From: Camelus ferus | Taxonomy: Eukaryota | Reading direction: 5' to 3' | Assembly (NCBI RefSeq): GCF_009834535.1 | Contig: NC_045697.1 | Coordinates: 120,840,001 to 120,904,000, forward strand | DNA length: 64,000 nucleotides | Shown: positions 12,748-27,700 of the stretch, in pieces | Position numbering within the stretch: position 1 is the first letter of the stretch | Layout of the letters: each line of letters starts with the position of its first letter | The notes under the pieces: generated by a model | The model's input: only the letters and a program-made list of their open reading frames with translations | Database searches by the model: none | Told to the model about the DNA's origin: nothing | Made by a program: the position numbers and the translations under genes

Positions 12748-15700
12748 TTTCTAGGTTTAAATATGCCTTGTTGGTGGATGAAAGTTCTGTAACCCGCATG
12801 AGCATAACTCTGGTAAATGAATGTTGGTCCTACTCCAAGATGCATGTAGTGTGCTCAGATCAGGGAATGTTACGGTGAGTGAATCTATGTAATTACATGT
12901 CTTTTGTGTAGAGTTGCTCCAAGGGAATTTTTCTGTGAAAACAGCCTCAATTTTCGAAACTGCAGTTAGGAAAAATCTTTGAACAGAAAGAATTTTTTAT
13001 AGGTGTAAATATGCCTTTTATGGAGATTGAAAGTTTTGGTAATCCTCATGCTAACAACTCCTTAAAGAATATTTGTCAAACATGGATCAATATACCGTGT
13101 TCAGAAGATGGAACGTTATAGTGAGGGAAACAGTGTAAATTACATTTCTATTTGTAGACCTCGCTCCAAGAGGAGTTTTCTGTGAAAACTGCATTATTTT
13201 AGAGGCTGACATTACGAGAAAACTACTAAATCAGAATAAGAATATATAGGAATATATATGCCTTGTATGGTGGATGAAAGTTCGGTAATACACATGTTCA
13301 CATCTCATTAAAGAATGTTGTCAAATCCGTAATGCATGTAGAGTGTTTGGAACACAGAATGTCACGGTGAGGGAAACTATATAAATTATATATCTTTTAG
13401 ATAGAACTTGCTACAAGAGGATTTTTCTGTGCATTCTGCCTCATTTACGAAACTGGGCCTTAGGAAAAATTTGAGAAATCAGATTAAATATTTCAAGGTG
13501 TAAATATTCCTTTTATAGTGGATGAAAGATCGTTAATCCACATGCTGATAATCCAGTAAATAATGATTGTCGAATCTGTGGTGCATGTAGCGTGTTCAGA
13601 ATAGGGAAAGTTACGGTGAACGAATCTATGTAAATTACATGTGTACTTTCAATAACTGGCCCTAGAGGATTATTCTGCGCATTCTGCCTCATTTTCAAAA
13701 CTGGATTATGTAAAACCTGTGAAATCAATGTAATTGTTTCTAGGTGTAAATATGCATGGGTGGTGGATGAAAGTTCGGTAATCCACATGCTACAACTCAG
13801 TAATGAATGTTTGTCGAATCGGTGACGTATGTATCGTTTTCGGAACATGGAATGTCACGGTGATTGAAAGTGTACCGTACATGTGTATTGGGTAAAACAC
13901 GCTCCGACCGAATTTTTCTGCGCATTCTGCCTCATTTTCAAACTGGCAATTGGAAAAAAGCTGTGAAATCAGAGTAAATATTTCTAGGTGTAAATATGCC
14001 TTGTATGGTGATAGAAAGATTGTTAATCCACATGCTCACAACTCAGAAAGGAATATTTGTCTAATTCGTAATGCATGTAATGTGTTCAAAAGATGGATAG
14101 ACATCATGATGGAAACAATATACTTTAAATATCTTTTTGGTAGAACTCACACCAAGAGCATTTCTCTGTGCATTCAACCTAATTTTGGTAACTGGCCTTA
14201 GGAAAAAGATGAGAAATCAGAGTAAATGCTTCTAGGTGTTTATATGCCTTGTATGGTGGATGAAAGATCGTTTGTCCACATGCTAATAACCCAGTAATTA
14301 GTATTTGTCGAATCCATGATGAATGTATAGGGTTTGGAACACGGAATGTCACGGTGAGGAAATCTCATTAAATTAAATGTCTATTTTGTAGAACTTGATC
14401 CAAGACTATTTTTCTGTGCATTCTGCCACGATTACGAAACTGGCTACAGGAAAACCTGCGAAATCACCGTAAATGTGTCTAGGTGTAAATATGCCTTGTT
14501 CGGTTGATGAAAGTTCTGTAATCCACATGATCACAACTCTGTAATGAATGTTGGTCTACTCCATCGTGCATGTAGCGTGTTCAGAACATGGAATGTCATG
14601 GTGAGTGAAAGTGTACCGTACATGTCTATTGGATAGAACTCGCTCCAAGGGTATTTTTCTGGGCATTCTGCCTCATTTTGGAAACTGGCCTTACGAAAAA
14701 TATGAGAAATCAGACTAAATGATTCTAGGTGTATATATGCCTCGTATTGCGGATGAAAGATCTTTAAGCCACATGTTCACAACTCATTAAAGAATAGTTT
14801 GTCGAATCCATGATCCATGTAGGGTGTTTGGATCACAGAATATCACGGTGATAGAAACTTTGTAAATTACATGCGTATTGGGTAGAACTCGCTCCAAAAG
14901 CATTTACCTTCGAAACCTGACTCATTTTCATAACTGGCATTAGGAAAATACTACGAAATTTGGGAAAATGCTTCTACGTGTCAATATGACTTGTATGGTG
15001 GATGAAAGTTCAGTAATCCACATGCTAACAAATCTGTAGTGAATTTTTGTTGAATCCATGATGTATGCAGCTTTCTAGGAACACTGAATTTCACGGTGAG
15101 CGAATCTATGTAAATTACATGTCTTTTGTGTAGAAGTTGCTCCAAGGGAATTTTTCTGTGAAAACTGCCTCAGTTTCGAAACTGCAGTTATGAAAATGCT
15201 TTCAACAGAAAGTAATTTTTGTAGGTGTAAATATGCCTTGTATGGTGATTGAAAGTTTGGTAATCCTCATGCTCACAACTCCTTAAAGAATATTTGTCAA
15301 AACATTGATGCATGTAGCGTGTTAACAACATGGAAAGTTATACTGAGGGAAACAGTGTAAATTACATGTCTATTGGGTAGACCTCGCTCCAAGAGGAGTT
15401 TTCTGTGAAAACTGCATGATTTTAGACACGGACATTACGAGAAATCTACTAAATCAGAATAAATATTTCTAGGTGTAAATATGCCTTGTATGGTGGGTGA
15501 AAGATCAGTAATCCACATGCTAACAAATCTGTAGTGAATTTTTTTGAATCTATGATGTATGCAGCTTTCTAGGAACACTGAATTTCACGGTGAGCGAATC
15601 TATGTAAATTACATGTCTTTTGTGTAGAAGTTGCTCCAAGGGAATTTTTCTGTGAAAACTGCCTCAGTTTCGAAACTGCAATTATGAAAAATCTTTGAAC

Positions 15701-18700
15701 AGAAAGTAATTTTTTATAGGTGTAATTATGCCTTGTATGGTGATTGAAAGTTTGGTAATCCTCATGCTCACAACTCCTTAAAGAATATTTGTCAAAACAT
15801 TGATGCATGTAGCGTGTTAACAACATGGAAAGTTATACTTAGGGAAACAGTGTAAATTACATGTCTATTTGGTAGACCTCGCTCCAAGAGGAGTTTTCTG
15901 TGAAAACTGCATGATTTTAGACACTGACATTACGAGAAATCTACTAAATCAGAATAAATAGTTCAAGGTGTAAATATGCCTTGTTTGGTGGATGAAAGTT
16001 CGGTAATACACATGTTCACATCTCATTAAAGAATGTTTGTCGAATTCGTGATGCATGTTGCGTGTTCAGAACACGGAATGTCACGGTGAGGAAAACAAGG
16101 TAAATTACATTTCTATTGGGTAGAACTCGCTCCAAGAGCATTTTTCTGTGATATCTGCCTCATTTTCTAAACTGGCTTTAGGAAAAATACTCGAAATATG
16201 AGAAAATGATTCTATGTGTCAATAGCGTTTTATGGTGGATGAAATATCTGTAAACAACATGCTAACAACTCTGTTGTGAATATTAGACGAATCTGTGATG
16301 CATGTAGCTTATTTGAAACACAGAAATTCACGGTGATCTAGTCTATGTAAATTACATTTCTATAGGTTAGAACACGCTGCAGGAGAATATTCCTGCAAAA
16401 TCAGCTTCATTTTCGAAACTGGTGTTATGAAACTGCTGTGAAACCTGAGTAAATGATTTTAGGTGTCAATATGTCCTGTATGGTTTATTAAAGTTCGGTA
16501 ACACACAAGCTCACAACTCAGCAATTAATGTTTGTCGAATCCGTGATGTATGTAGCGTGTTCGGAACATGGAATGTTACAGTGAGTGAAAGTGTACCATA
16601 TAGGTCTATTGTGTAGAAATCACTCCAAGGGTATTTTTCTGCGCATTCAGCCTCATTTTCAAAACTGTGCATGGGAAAATCTTTGAAATCAGAGTAAATA
16701 TGTCTAGGTGTAAATATGCCTTGTATGGTGATTGAAAGATCGTTAATCCACGTGCTCACATCTCCGTAATGAATGTTTGTCGAATTCATAATGCATGTAG
16801 AGTGTTCGGAACACGGAATGTTACGGTGAGTGGAACTAAGTAAATTATGTACCTTTTTAGTAGAACTCACACCAAGATGTTTTCTGTGCATTCTGCCTCA
16901 TTTTGGAAACAGGCCTTACAAAAAATATGAGAAATCAGACTAAATGATTCTAGGTGTATATATGCCTCGTATTGTGGATTAAAGATCTTTAATCCACATG
17001 TTCACAAGTCATTAAAGAATGTTTGTCGAAACCTGATCCATGTAGAGTGTTCGGATCACAGAAATTCACGGTGATATTAACTTTGTAAATTACATGTTTA
17101 TTGGGTAGAACTCGCTCCAAAAGCATTTTTCCTCGAAACCTGACTCATTTTAAAAAATGGCATTACGGAAACACTACGAAATTTGGGAAAATGCTTCTAC
17201 GTGTCAATATGACTTGTATGGTGGATGAAAGTTCATTAATCCACATGCTAACAAATTTGTAGTGAATTTTTGTTGAATCCATGATGTATGCAGCTTTCTA
17301 GGAACACTGAATTTCACAGTGAGCGAATCTATGTAAATTACATGTCTTTTGTGTATAAGTTGCTCCAAGGGAATTTTTCTGTGAAAACTGCCTCATTTTC
17401 CAAACTGCACTTCGGAAAATCTTTGAACAGAATGTAATTTTTTATAGGTGTAAATATGCCTTGTATGGTGATTGAAAGTTTGGTAATTCTCATGCTCACT
17501 ACTCCTTAAAGAATATTTGTAAAAACATTGATGCATGTAGCGTGTTCAGAACATGGAATGTTATAGTGAGGGAAACAGTGTAAAGTACATGTCTATTAGT
17601 TAGACCTCGCTCCAAGAGTAGTTTTCTCTAAAAACTGCATGATTTTAGAGGCTAACATTACGAGAAATCTACTAAATCAGAATAAATATTTCTAGGTTTA
17701 AATATGCCTTTTTTGGTGAATGAAAGTTCGGTAATATACATGTTCACATCTCATTAAAGAATGTTTGTCGAATCCGTGATGCATGTAGCGTGTTTGGAAC
17801 ACGGAACGTTACAGTGAGTTAAAGTGTACCGTATATGTCTATTGTGTAGAAATCACTCCAAGGGTATTTTTCTGCGCATTCAGCCTCATTTTCAAAACTG
17901 TCCATGGGAAAAATCTTTCAAATCACAGTAAATATTTCTAGGTGAAAATATGCCTTGTATGGTGATTGAAAGACCATTTATCCACATGCTCATATCTCCG
18001 TAATGAATGCATGTCGAATTTGTAATGCATGTAGAGTGTTCGGAACACATAATGTCACGGTGAGGGAAATTAAGTAAATTATATATCTTTTAGATAGAAC
18101 TTGCTACCAGAGGATTTTTCTGTGCATTCTGCCTCATTTATGAAACTGTCCTTAGGAAAAATTTGAGAAATCAGAGTAAATGTTTCAAGGTGTAAATATT
18201 CCTTCTATAGTGGATGAAAGATCGTTAATCCACATGCTGATAACCCAGTAAATAATGTTTGTCGAAACTTTGGTGCATGTAGCGTGTTGTGATCACGGAA
18301 TGACATGGTGAGAAAAACTTTGTAAATTACATGTGTATTTGGTAGAACTTGCACAAAATATTTTTTCTGCACATGCTGCCTGATTTTCGAAACTAGCCTT
18401 AAGAAAAAGCTGCAAAATCAGAGTAAATGATTCTGGGTGTAAATATGCCTTCTTTGGTGGATGATAGTTCTCTAATCCACATGATCACAAATCTGTAAAT
18501 AATGTTTGTCGAATCCGTGATGCACGTATCATATTCAGAACACGGAATATCATGGTGAAAGAAACTTTGTAAACTACAAATTTATTGGGTAGAACTCACT
18601 CCAAAAGTAATTTTCTGTGAAATCTGCCTCATTTTCAAAACTGGCATAAGGAAAAGAGTTCGAAATCTGTGAAAAATTTTCTAAGTGCAATATGATTTAA

Positions 18701-21700
18701 TGGTGGATGAAAGTTCAGTAATCCACATGCTAACAAATCTGTAGTGAATTTTTGTCGATTCTGTGATGCATGCAGCTTTCACGGAACACGGAATTTCACG
18801 GTGAGCGAATCTAATTAAATAACATATCTATTGTGTAGAAGTCACTCCAAGAGCATTTTTCTGCAAAAACGACCTCACTTTCAAAACTGGCATTTGGAAA
18901 ACACTGCGAACTCAGAGTAATGGTTTCTAGGTGTAAATATGCCTTTTATGGTGGATGAAATTTTGGTAATCCTCATGTTCACAACTCCTTAAAGAATATT
19001 TTTCGAATCAGGGATGCATGTTGCGTGTTCAGAACATGGAATGTCACGGTGAGGAAAACAAGGTAAATTACATTTCTATTGGGTAGAACTCGCTCCAAGA
19101 GCATTTTTCTGTGATATCTGCCTCATTTTCTAAACTGGCATTAGGAAAAATACTCGAAATATGAGAAAATGATTCTATGTGTCAATATGCATTTTATGGT
19201 GGATGAAATATCGGTAAACAACATGCTAACAACTCTGTTGTGAATATTAGACGAATCTGTGATGCATGAAGCTTATTTGAATCACGGAAATTCACGGTGA
19301 TCTAGTCTATGTAAATTACATGTGTCTAGGTTAGAACACGCTGCAGGAGAATTTTCCTGCAAAATCAGCTTCATTTTCGAAACTGGTGTTATGAAACTGC
19401 TGTGAAACCTGAGTAAATGTTTTTAGGTGTCAATATCTCCTGTATGGTATATTAAAGTTCGGTAACACACAAGCTCACAACTCAGCAATTAATGTTTGTC
19501 GAATCCGTGATGTATGAAGCGTGTTCGGAACATGGAATGTTACAGTGAGTGAAAGTGTACCATATAGGTCTATTGTGTACAAATCAATCCAAGGGTATTT
19601 TTCAGCGCATTCTGCCTCATTTTCAAAACTGTCCATGGGAAAAATCTTTGAAATCAGAATAAATATATCTAGGTGTAAATATGCCTTGTATGGTGATTGA
19701 AAGATCGTTAATCCACATGCTCACATCTCCGTAGTGAATGTTTGTCGAATTGGTAATGCATGTAGAGTGTTCGGAACACATAATGTCATGGTGAGGGGAA
19801 CTAAGTAAATTATATATCTTTTAGATAGAATTGCTACAAGAGGATTTTTCTGTGCATTCTGCCTCATTTACGAAACTGGCCTTAGGAAAAATTTGAGAAA
19901 TCAGAGTAAGTGTTTCAAGGTGTAAATATTCCTTTTATAGTGGATGAAAGATCGTTAATCCACATGCTGATAACCCAGTAAATAATGATTGTCGAATCTG
20001 TGGTGCATGTAGCGTGTTCAGAATAGGGAAATTTACGGTGAACGAATCTATGTAAATTACATGTGTACTTTCAATAACTGGCCCTAGAGGATTATTCTGC
20101 GCATTTTGCCTCATTTTCAAAACTGGATTAGGTAAATCCTTTGAAATCAATATAATTGTTTCTAGGTGTAAATATGCATGGGTGGTGGATGAAAGTTCGG
20201 TAATCCACATGCTACAACTCAGTAATGAATGTTTGTCGAATCGGTGATGTATGTATCGTGTTCGGAACATGGAATGTCACGGTGATTGAAAGTGTACCGT
20301 ACATGTGTATTGGGTAAAACACGCTCTGACAGAATTTTTCTGCGCATTCTGCCTCATTTTCAAACTGGCAATTGGAAAAAGCTGTGAAATCAGAGTAAAT
20401 ACTTCTAGGTGTAAATATGCCTTGTATGGTGATAGAAAGATCGTTAATCCACATGCTCACAACTCAGAAAGGAATATTTGTCTAATTCGTAATGCATGTA
20501 GTGTGTTTAGATCATGGATAGACATCATGATGGAAACTATGTACTTTAAATATCTTTTTGGTAGAACTCACACCAAGAGCATTTCTCTGTGCATTCAACC
20601 TCATTTTGGTAACTGGCCTTAGGAAAAAGATGAGAAATCAGAGTAAATGCTTCTAGGTGTTTATATGCCTTGTATGGTGGATGAAAGATCGTTTGTCCAC
20701 ATGCTAATAACTCAGTAATGAGTATTTGTCGAATCCATGATGAATGTATAGGGTTTGGAACACGGAATGTCACGGTGAGGAAATCTCATTAAATTACATG
20801 TCTATTTTGTAGAACTCGCTCCAATTCTATTTTTTTGGCATTCTGCCACGATTACGAAACTGGCTACAGGAAAACCTGCGAAATCACCGTAAATGTCTCT
20901 AGGTGTAAATATGCCTTGTTCGGTTGATGAAAGTTCTGTAATCCACATGATCACAACTCTGTAATGAATGTTGGTCTACTCCATCATGCATGTAGCATGT
21001 TCAGAACATGGAATGTCATGGTGAGTGAAAGTGTACCGTACATGTCTATTGGATAGAACCCGCTCCAAGGGTATTTTTCTGGGCATTCTGCCTCATTTTG
21101 GAAACTGGCCTTACGAAAAATATGAGAAATCAGACTAAATGATTCTAGGTGAATATATGCCTCGTATTGTGGATGAAAGATCTTTAATCCACATGTTCAC
21201 AACTTATTAAAGAATATTTGTCGAATCCATGATCCATGTAGAGTGTTTGAATCACAGAATATCACGGTGATAGAAACTTTGTAAATTACATGCGTATTGG
21301 GTAGAACTCGCTCCAAAAGCATTTACCTTCGAAACCTGACTCATTTTCAAAACTGGCATTAGGAAAATACTACGAAATTTGGGAAAATGCTTCTACGTGT
21401 CAATATGACTTGTATGGTGGATGAAAGTTCAGTAATCCACATGCTAACAAATCTGTAGTGAATTTTTGTTGAATCCATGATGTATGCAGCTTTCTAGGAA
21501 CACTGAATTTCACGGTGAGCGAATCTATGTAAATTACATGTCTTTTGTGTAGAAGTTGCTCCAAGGGAATTTTTCTGTGAAAACTGCCTCAGTTTCGAAA
21601 CTGCAGTTATGAAAAAGCTTTGAACAGAAAGTAATTTTTTATAGGTGTAAATATGCCTTGTATGGTGATTGAAAGTTTGGTAATCCTCATGCTCACAACT

Positions 21701-24700
21701 CCTTAAAGAATATTTGTCAAAACATTGATGCATGTAGCGTGTTAACAACATGGAAAGTTATACTGAGGGAAACAGTGTAAATTACATGTCTATTGGGTAG
21801 ACCTCGCTCCAAGAGGAGTTTTCTGTGAAAACTGCATGATTTTAGACACGGACATTACGAGAAATCTACTAAATCAGAGTAAATATGTCTAGGTGTAAAT
21901 ATGCCTTGTATGGTGATTGAAAGATCGTTAATCCACGTGCTCACATCTCCGTAATGAATGTTTGTCGAATTCATAATGCATGTAGAGTGTTCGGAACACG
22001 GAATGTTACGGTGAGTGGAACTAAGTAAATTATGTACCTTTTTAGTAGAACTCACACCAAGAGGTTTTCTGTGCATTCTGCCTCATTTTGGAAACAGGCC
22101 TTACGAAAAATATGAGAAATCAGACTAAATGATTCTAGGTGTATATATGCCTCGTATTGTGGATTAAAGATCTTTAATCCACATGTTCACAAGTCATTAA
22201 AGAATGTTTGTCGAAACCTGATCCATGTAGAGTGTTCGGATCACAGAAATTCACGGTGATATTAACTTTGTAAATTACATGTTTATTGGTAGAACTCACT
22301 CCAAAGCATTTTTCCTCGAAACCTGACTCATTTTAAAAAATGGCATTACGGAAACACTACGAAATTTGGGAAAATGCTTCTACGTGTCAATGACTTGTAT
22401 GGTGGATGAAAGTTCATTAATCCACATGCTAACAAATTTGTAGTGAATTTTGTTGAATCCATGATGTATGCAACTTTCTAGGAACACTGAATTTCACAGT
22501 GAGCGAATCTATGTAAATTACATGTCTTTTGTGTATAAGTTGCTCCAAGGGAATTTTTCTGTGAAAACTGCCTCATTTTCGAAACTGCAGTTAGGAAAAT
22601 CTTTGAACAGAATGTAATTTTTTATAGGTGTAAATATGCCTTGTATGGTGATTGAAAGTTTGGTAATTCTCATGCTCACTACTCCTTAAAGAATATTTGT
22701 AAAAACATTGATGCATGTAGCGTGTTCAGAACATGGAATGTTATAGTGAGGGAAACAGTGTAAAGTACATGTCTATTAGTTAGACCTCGCTCCAAGAGTA
22801 GTTTTCTCTAAAAACTGCATGATTTTAGAGGCTGACATTACGAGAAATCAACTAAATCAGAATAAATATTTCTAGGTTTAAATATGCCTTTTTTGGTGAA
22901 TGAAAGTTCGGTAATATACATGTTCACATCTCATTAAAGAATGTTTGTCGAATCCGTGATGCATGTAGCGTGTTTGGAACACGGAACGTTACAGTGAGTT
23001 AAAGTGTACCGTATATGTCTATTGTGTAGAAATCACTCCAAGGGTATTTTTCTGCGCATTCAGCCTCATTTTCAAAACTGTCCATGGGAAAAATCTTTCA
23101 AATCACAGTAAATATTTCTAGGTGAAAATATGCCTTGTATGGTGATTGAAAGACCATTTATCCACATGCTCATATCTCCGTAATGAATGCATGTCGAATT
23201 TGTAATGCATGTAGTGTGTTCGGAACACATAATATCACGGTGAGGGAAATTAAGTAAATTATATATCTTTTAGATAGAACTTGCTACAAGAGTATTTTTC
23301 TGTGCATTCTGCCTCATTTATGAAACTGTCCTTAGGAAAAATTTGAGAAATCAGAGTAAATGTTTCAAGGTGTAAATATTCCTTTTATAGTGGATGAAAG
23401 ATCGTTAATCCACATGCTGATAACCCAGTAAATAATGTTTGTCGAAACTTTGGTGCATGTAGCGTGTTGTGATCACGGAATGACATGGTGAGAAAAACTT
23501 TGTAAATTACATGTGTATTTGGTAGAACTTGCACAAAATATTTTTTCTGCACATGCTGCCTGATTTTCGAAACTAGCCTTAAGAAAAAGCTGCAAAATCA
23601 GAGTAAATGATTCTGGGTGTAAATATGCCTTCTTTGGTGGATGATAGTTCTCTAATCCACATGATCACAAATCTGTAAATAATGTTTGTCGAATCCGTGA
23701 TGCACGTATCATATTCAGAACACGGAATATCATGGTGAAAGAAACTTTGTAAACTACAAATTTATTGGGTAGAACTCACTCCAAAAGTAATTTTCTGTGA
23801 AATCTGCCTCATTTTCAAAACTGGCATAAGGAAAAGAGTTCGAAATCTGTGAAAAATTTTCTAAGTGCAATATGATTTAATGGTGGATGAAAGTTCAGTA
23901 ATCCACATGCTAACAAATCTGTAGTGAATTTTTGTCGATTCTGTGATGCATGCAGCTTTCACGGAACACGGAATTTCACGGTGAGCGAATCTAATTAAAT
24001 AACATATCTATTGTGTAGAAGTCACTCCCAGAGCATTTTTCTGCAAAAACGACCTCACTTTCAAAACTGGCATTTGGAAAACACTGCGAACTCAGAGTAA
24101 TGGTTTCTAGGTGTAAATATGCCTTTTATGGTGGATGAAACTTTGGTAATCCTCATGTTCACAACTCCTTAAAGAATATTTTTCGAATCAGGGATGCATG
24201 TTGCGTGTTCAGAACATGGAATGTCACGGTGAGGAAAACAAGGTAAATTACATTTCTATTGGGTAGAACTCGCTCCAAGAGCATTTTTCTGTGATATCTG
24301 CCTCATTTTCTAAACTGGCATTAGGAAAAATACTCGAAATATGAGAAAATGATTCTATGTGTCAATATGCGTTTTATGGTGGATGAAATATCGGTAAACA
24401 ACATGCTAACAACTCTGTTGTGAATATTAGACGAATCTGTGATGCATGAAGCTTATTTGAATCACGGAAATTCACGGTGATCTAGTCTATGTAAATTACA
24501 TGTGTCTAGGTTAGAACACGCTGCAGGAGAATTTTCCTGCAAAATCAGCTTCATTTTCGAAACTGGTGTTATGAAACTGCTGTGAAACCTGAGTAAATGT
24601 TTTTAGGGGTCAATATCTCCTGTATGGTATATTAAAGTTCGGTAACACACAAGCTCACAACTCAGCAATTAATGTTTGTCGAATCCGTGATGTATGTAGC

Positions 24701-27700
24701 GTGTTCGGAACATGGAATGTTACAGTGAGTGAAAGTGTACCATATAGGTCTATTGTGTACAAATCAATCCAAGGGTATTTTTCAGCGCATTCTGCCTCAT
24801 TTTCAAAACTGTCCATGGGAAAAATCTTTGAAATCAGAATAAATATGTCTAGGTGTAAATATGCCTTGTATGGTGATTGAAAGATCGTTAATCCACATGC
24901 TCACATCTCCGTAATGAATGTTTGTCGAATTGGTAATGCATGTAGAGTGTTCGGAACACATAATGTCATGGTGAGGGGAACTAAGTAAATTATATATCTT
25001 TTAGATAGAATTGCTACAAGAGGATTTTTCTGTGCATTCTGCCTCATTTACGAAACTGGCCTTAGGAAAAATTTGAGAAATCAGAGTAAGTGTTTCAAGG
25101 TGTAAATATTCCTTTTATAGTGGATGAAAGATCGTTAATCCACATGCTGATAACCCAGTAAATAATGATTGTCGAATCTGTGGTGCATGTAGCGTGTTCA
25201 GAATAGGGAAATTTACGGTGAACGAATCTATGTAAATTACATGTGTACTTTCAATAACTGGCCCTAGAGGATTATTCTGCGCATTTTGCCTCATTTTCAA
25301 AACTGGATTAGGTAAATCCTTTGAAATCAATATAATTGTTTCTAGGTGTAAATATGCATGGGTGGTGGATGAAAGTTCGGTAATCCACATGCTACAACTC
25401 AGTAATGAATGTTTGTCGAATCGGTGATGTATGTATCGTGTTCGGAACATGGAATGTCACGGTGATTGAAAGTGTACCGTACATGTGTATTGGGTAAAAC
25501 ACGCTCTGACAGAATTTTTCTGCGCATTCTGCCTCATTTTCAAACTGGCAATTGGAAAAAGCTGTGAAATCAGAGTAAATACTTCTAGGTGTAAATATGC
25601 CTTGTATGGTGATAGAAAGATCGTTAATCCACATGCTCACAACTCAGAAAGGAATATTTGTCTAATTCGTAATGCATGTAGTGTGTTTAGATCATGGATA
25701 GACATCATGATGGAAACTATGTACTTTAAATATCTTTTTGGTAGAACTCACACCAAGAGCATTTCTCTGTGCATTCAACCTCATTTTGGTAACTGGCCTT
25801 AGGAAAAAGATGAGAAATCAGAGTAAATGCTTCTAGGTGTTTATATGCCTTGTATGGTGGATGAAAGATCGTTTGTCCACATGCTAATAACTCAGTAATG
25901 AGTATTTGTCGAATCCATGATGAATGTATAGGGTTTGGAACACGGAATGTCACGGTGAGGAAATCTCATTAAATTACATGTCTATTTTGTAGAACTCGCT
26001 CCAATTCTATTTTTTTGGCATTCTGCCACGATTACGAAACTGGCTACAGGAAAACCTGCGAAATCACCGTAAATGTCTCTAGGTGTAAATATGCCTTGTT
26101 CGGTTGATGAAAGTTCTGTAATCCACATGATCACAACTCTGTAATGAATGTTGGTCTACTCCATCATGCATGTAGCATGTTCAGAACATGGAATGTCATG
26201 GTGAGTGAAAGTGTACCGTACATGTCTATTGGATAGAACCCGCTCCAAGGGTATTTTTCTGGGCATTCTGCCTCATTTTGGAAACTGGCCTTACGAAAAA
26301 TATGAGAAATCAGACTAAATGATTCTAGGTGAATATATGCCTCGTATTGTGGATGAAAGATCTTTAATCCACATGTTCACAACTTATTAAAGAATATTTG
26401 TCGAATCCATGATCCATGTAGAGTGTTTGAATCACAGAATATCACGGTGATAGAAACTTTGTAAATTACATGCGTATTGGGTAGAACTCGCTCCAAAAGC
26501 ATTTTTCTTCGAAACCTGACTCATTTTCAAAACTGGCATTAGGAAAATACTACGAAATTTGGGAAAATGCTTCTACGTGTCAATATGACTTGTATGGTGG
26601 ATGAAAGTTCAGTAATCCACATGCTAACAAATCTGTAGTGAATTTTTGTTGAATCCATGATGTATGCAGCTTTCTAGGAACACTGAATTTCACGGTGAGC
26701 GAATCTATGTAAATTACATGTCTTTTGTGTAGAAGTTGCTCCAAGGGAATTTTTCTGTGAAAACTGCCTCAGTTTCGAAACTGCAGTTATGAAAAAGCTT
26801 TGAACAGAAAGTAATTTTTTATAGGTGTAAATATGCCTTGTATGGTGATTGAAAGTTTGGTAATCCTCATGCTCACAACTCCTTAAAGAATATTTGTCAA
26901 AACATTGATGCATGTAGCGTGTTAACAACATGGAAAGTTATACTGAGGGAAACAGTGTAAATTACATGTCTATTGGGTAGACCTCGCTCCAAGAGGAGTT
27001 TTCTGTGAAAACTGCATGATTTTAGACACGGACATTACGAGAAATCTACTAAATCAGAATAAATATTTCTAGGTGTAAATATGCCTTGTATGGTGGGTGA
27101 AAGATCAGTAATCCACATGCTAACAAATCTGTAGTGAATTTCTGTCGATTCTGTGATGCATGCAGCTTTCACGGAACACGGAATTTCACGGTGAGCGAAT
27201 CTATGTTAATTACATGTCTATTGTGTAGAACTCACTCCAAGAGCATTTTTCTGTGAAAACGAGCTCACTTTCAAAACTGGCATTTGGAAATCATTGCGAA
27301 CTCAGGGTAATTGTTTCTAGGTGTAAATATGCGTTTTATGGCGGATGAAAGATTGGTAATCCTCATGCTCACAACTCCTTAAAGAATATTTGTTGAATCA
27401 GTGATGCATGTTGCGTGTTCAGAACACGGAATGTCACGGTGAGGAAAACAACGTAATTTACATTTCTATTGGGTAGAACTCGCTCCAAGAGCATTATTCT
27501 GTGAAATCTCCCTCATTTTCTAAACTGGCATTAGGAAAAAATCTCGAAATATCAGAAAATGATTCTAAGTGTCAATATGCGTTTTATGGTGAATGAAATT
27601 TCGGTAAACAACATGCTAACAACTCTGTTGTGTATATTAGATGAATCTGTGATGTATGTAGCTTATTTGAAACACGGAAAATAACGGTGATCTAGTCTAT

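Noticed and set aside
16555..16830. CENP-B box-like TTCGGAACACGGAA
   Set aside because: The canonical box needs TTCG-N4-A-N2-CGGG. Here the CGG is 2 bp too close and lacks the third G. I found no canonical box by eye, but a full motif scan was not possible.
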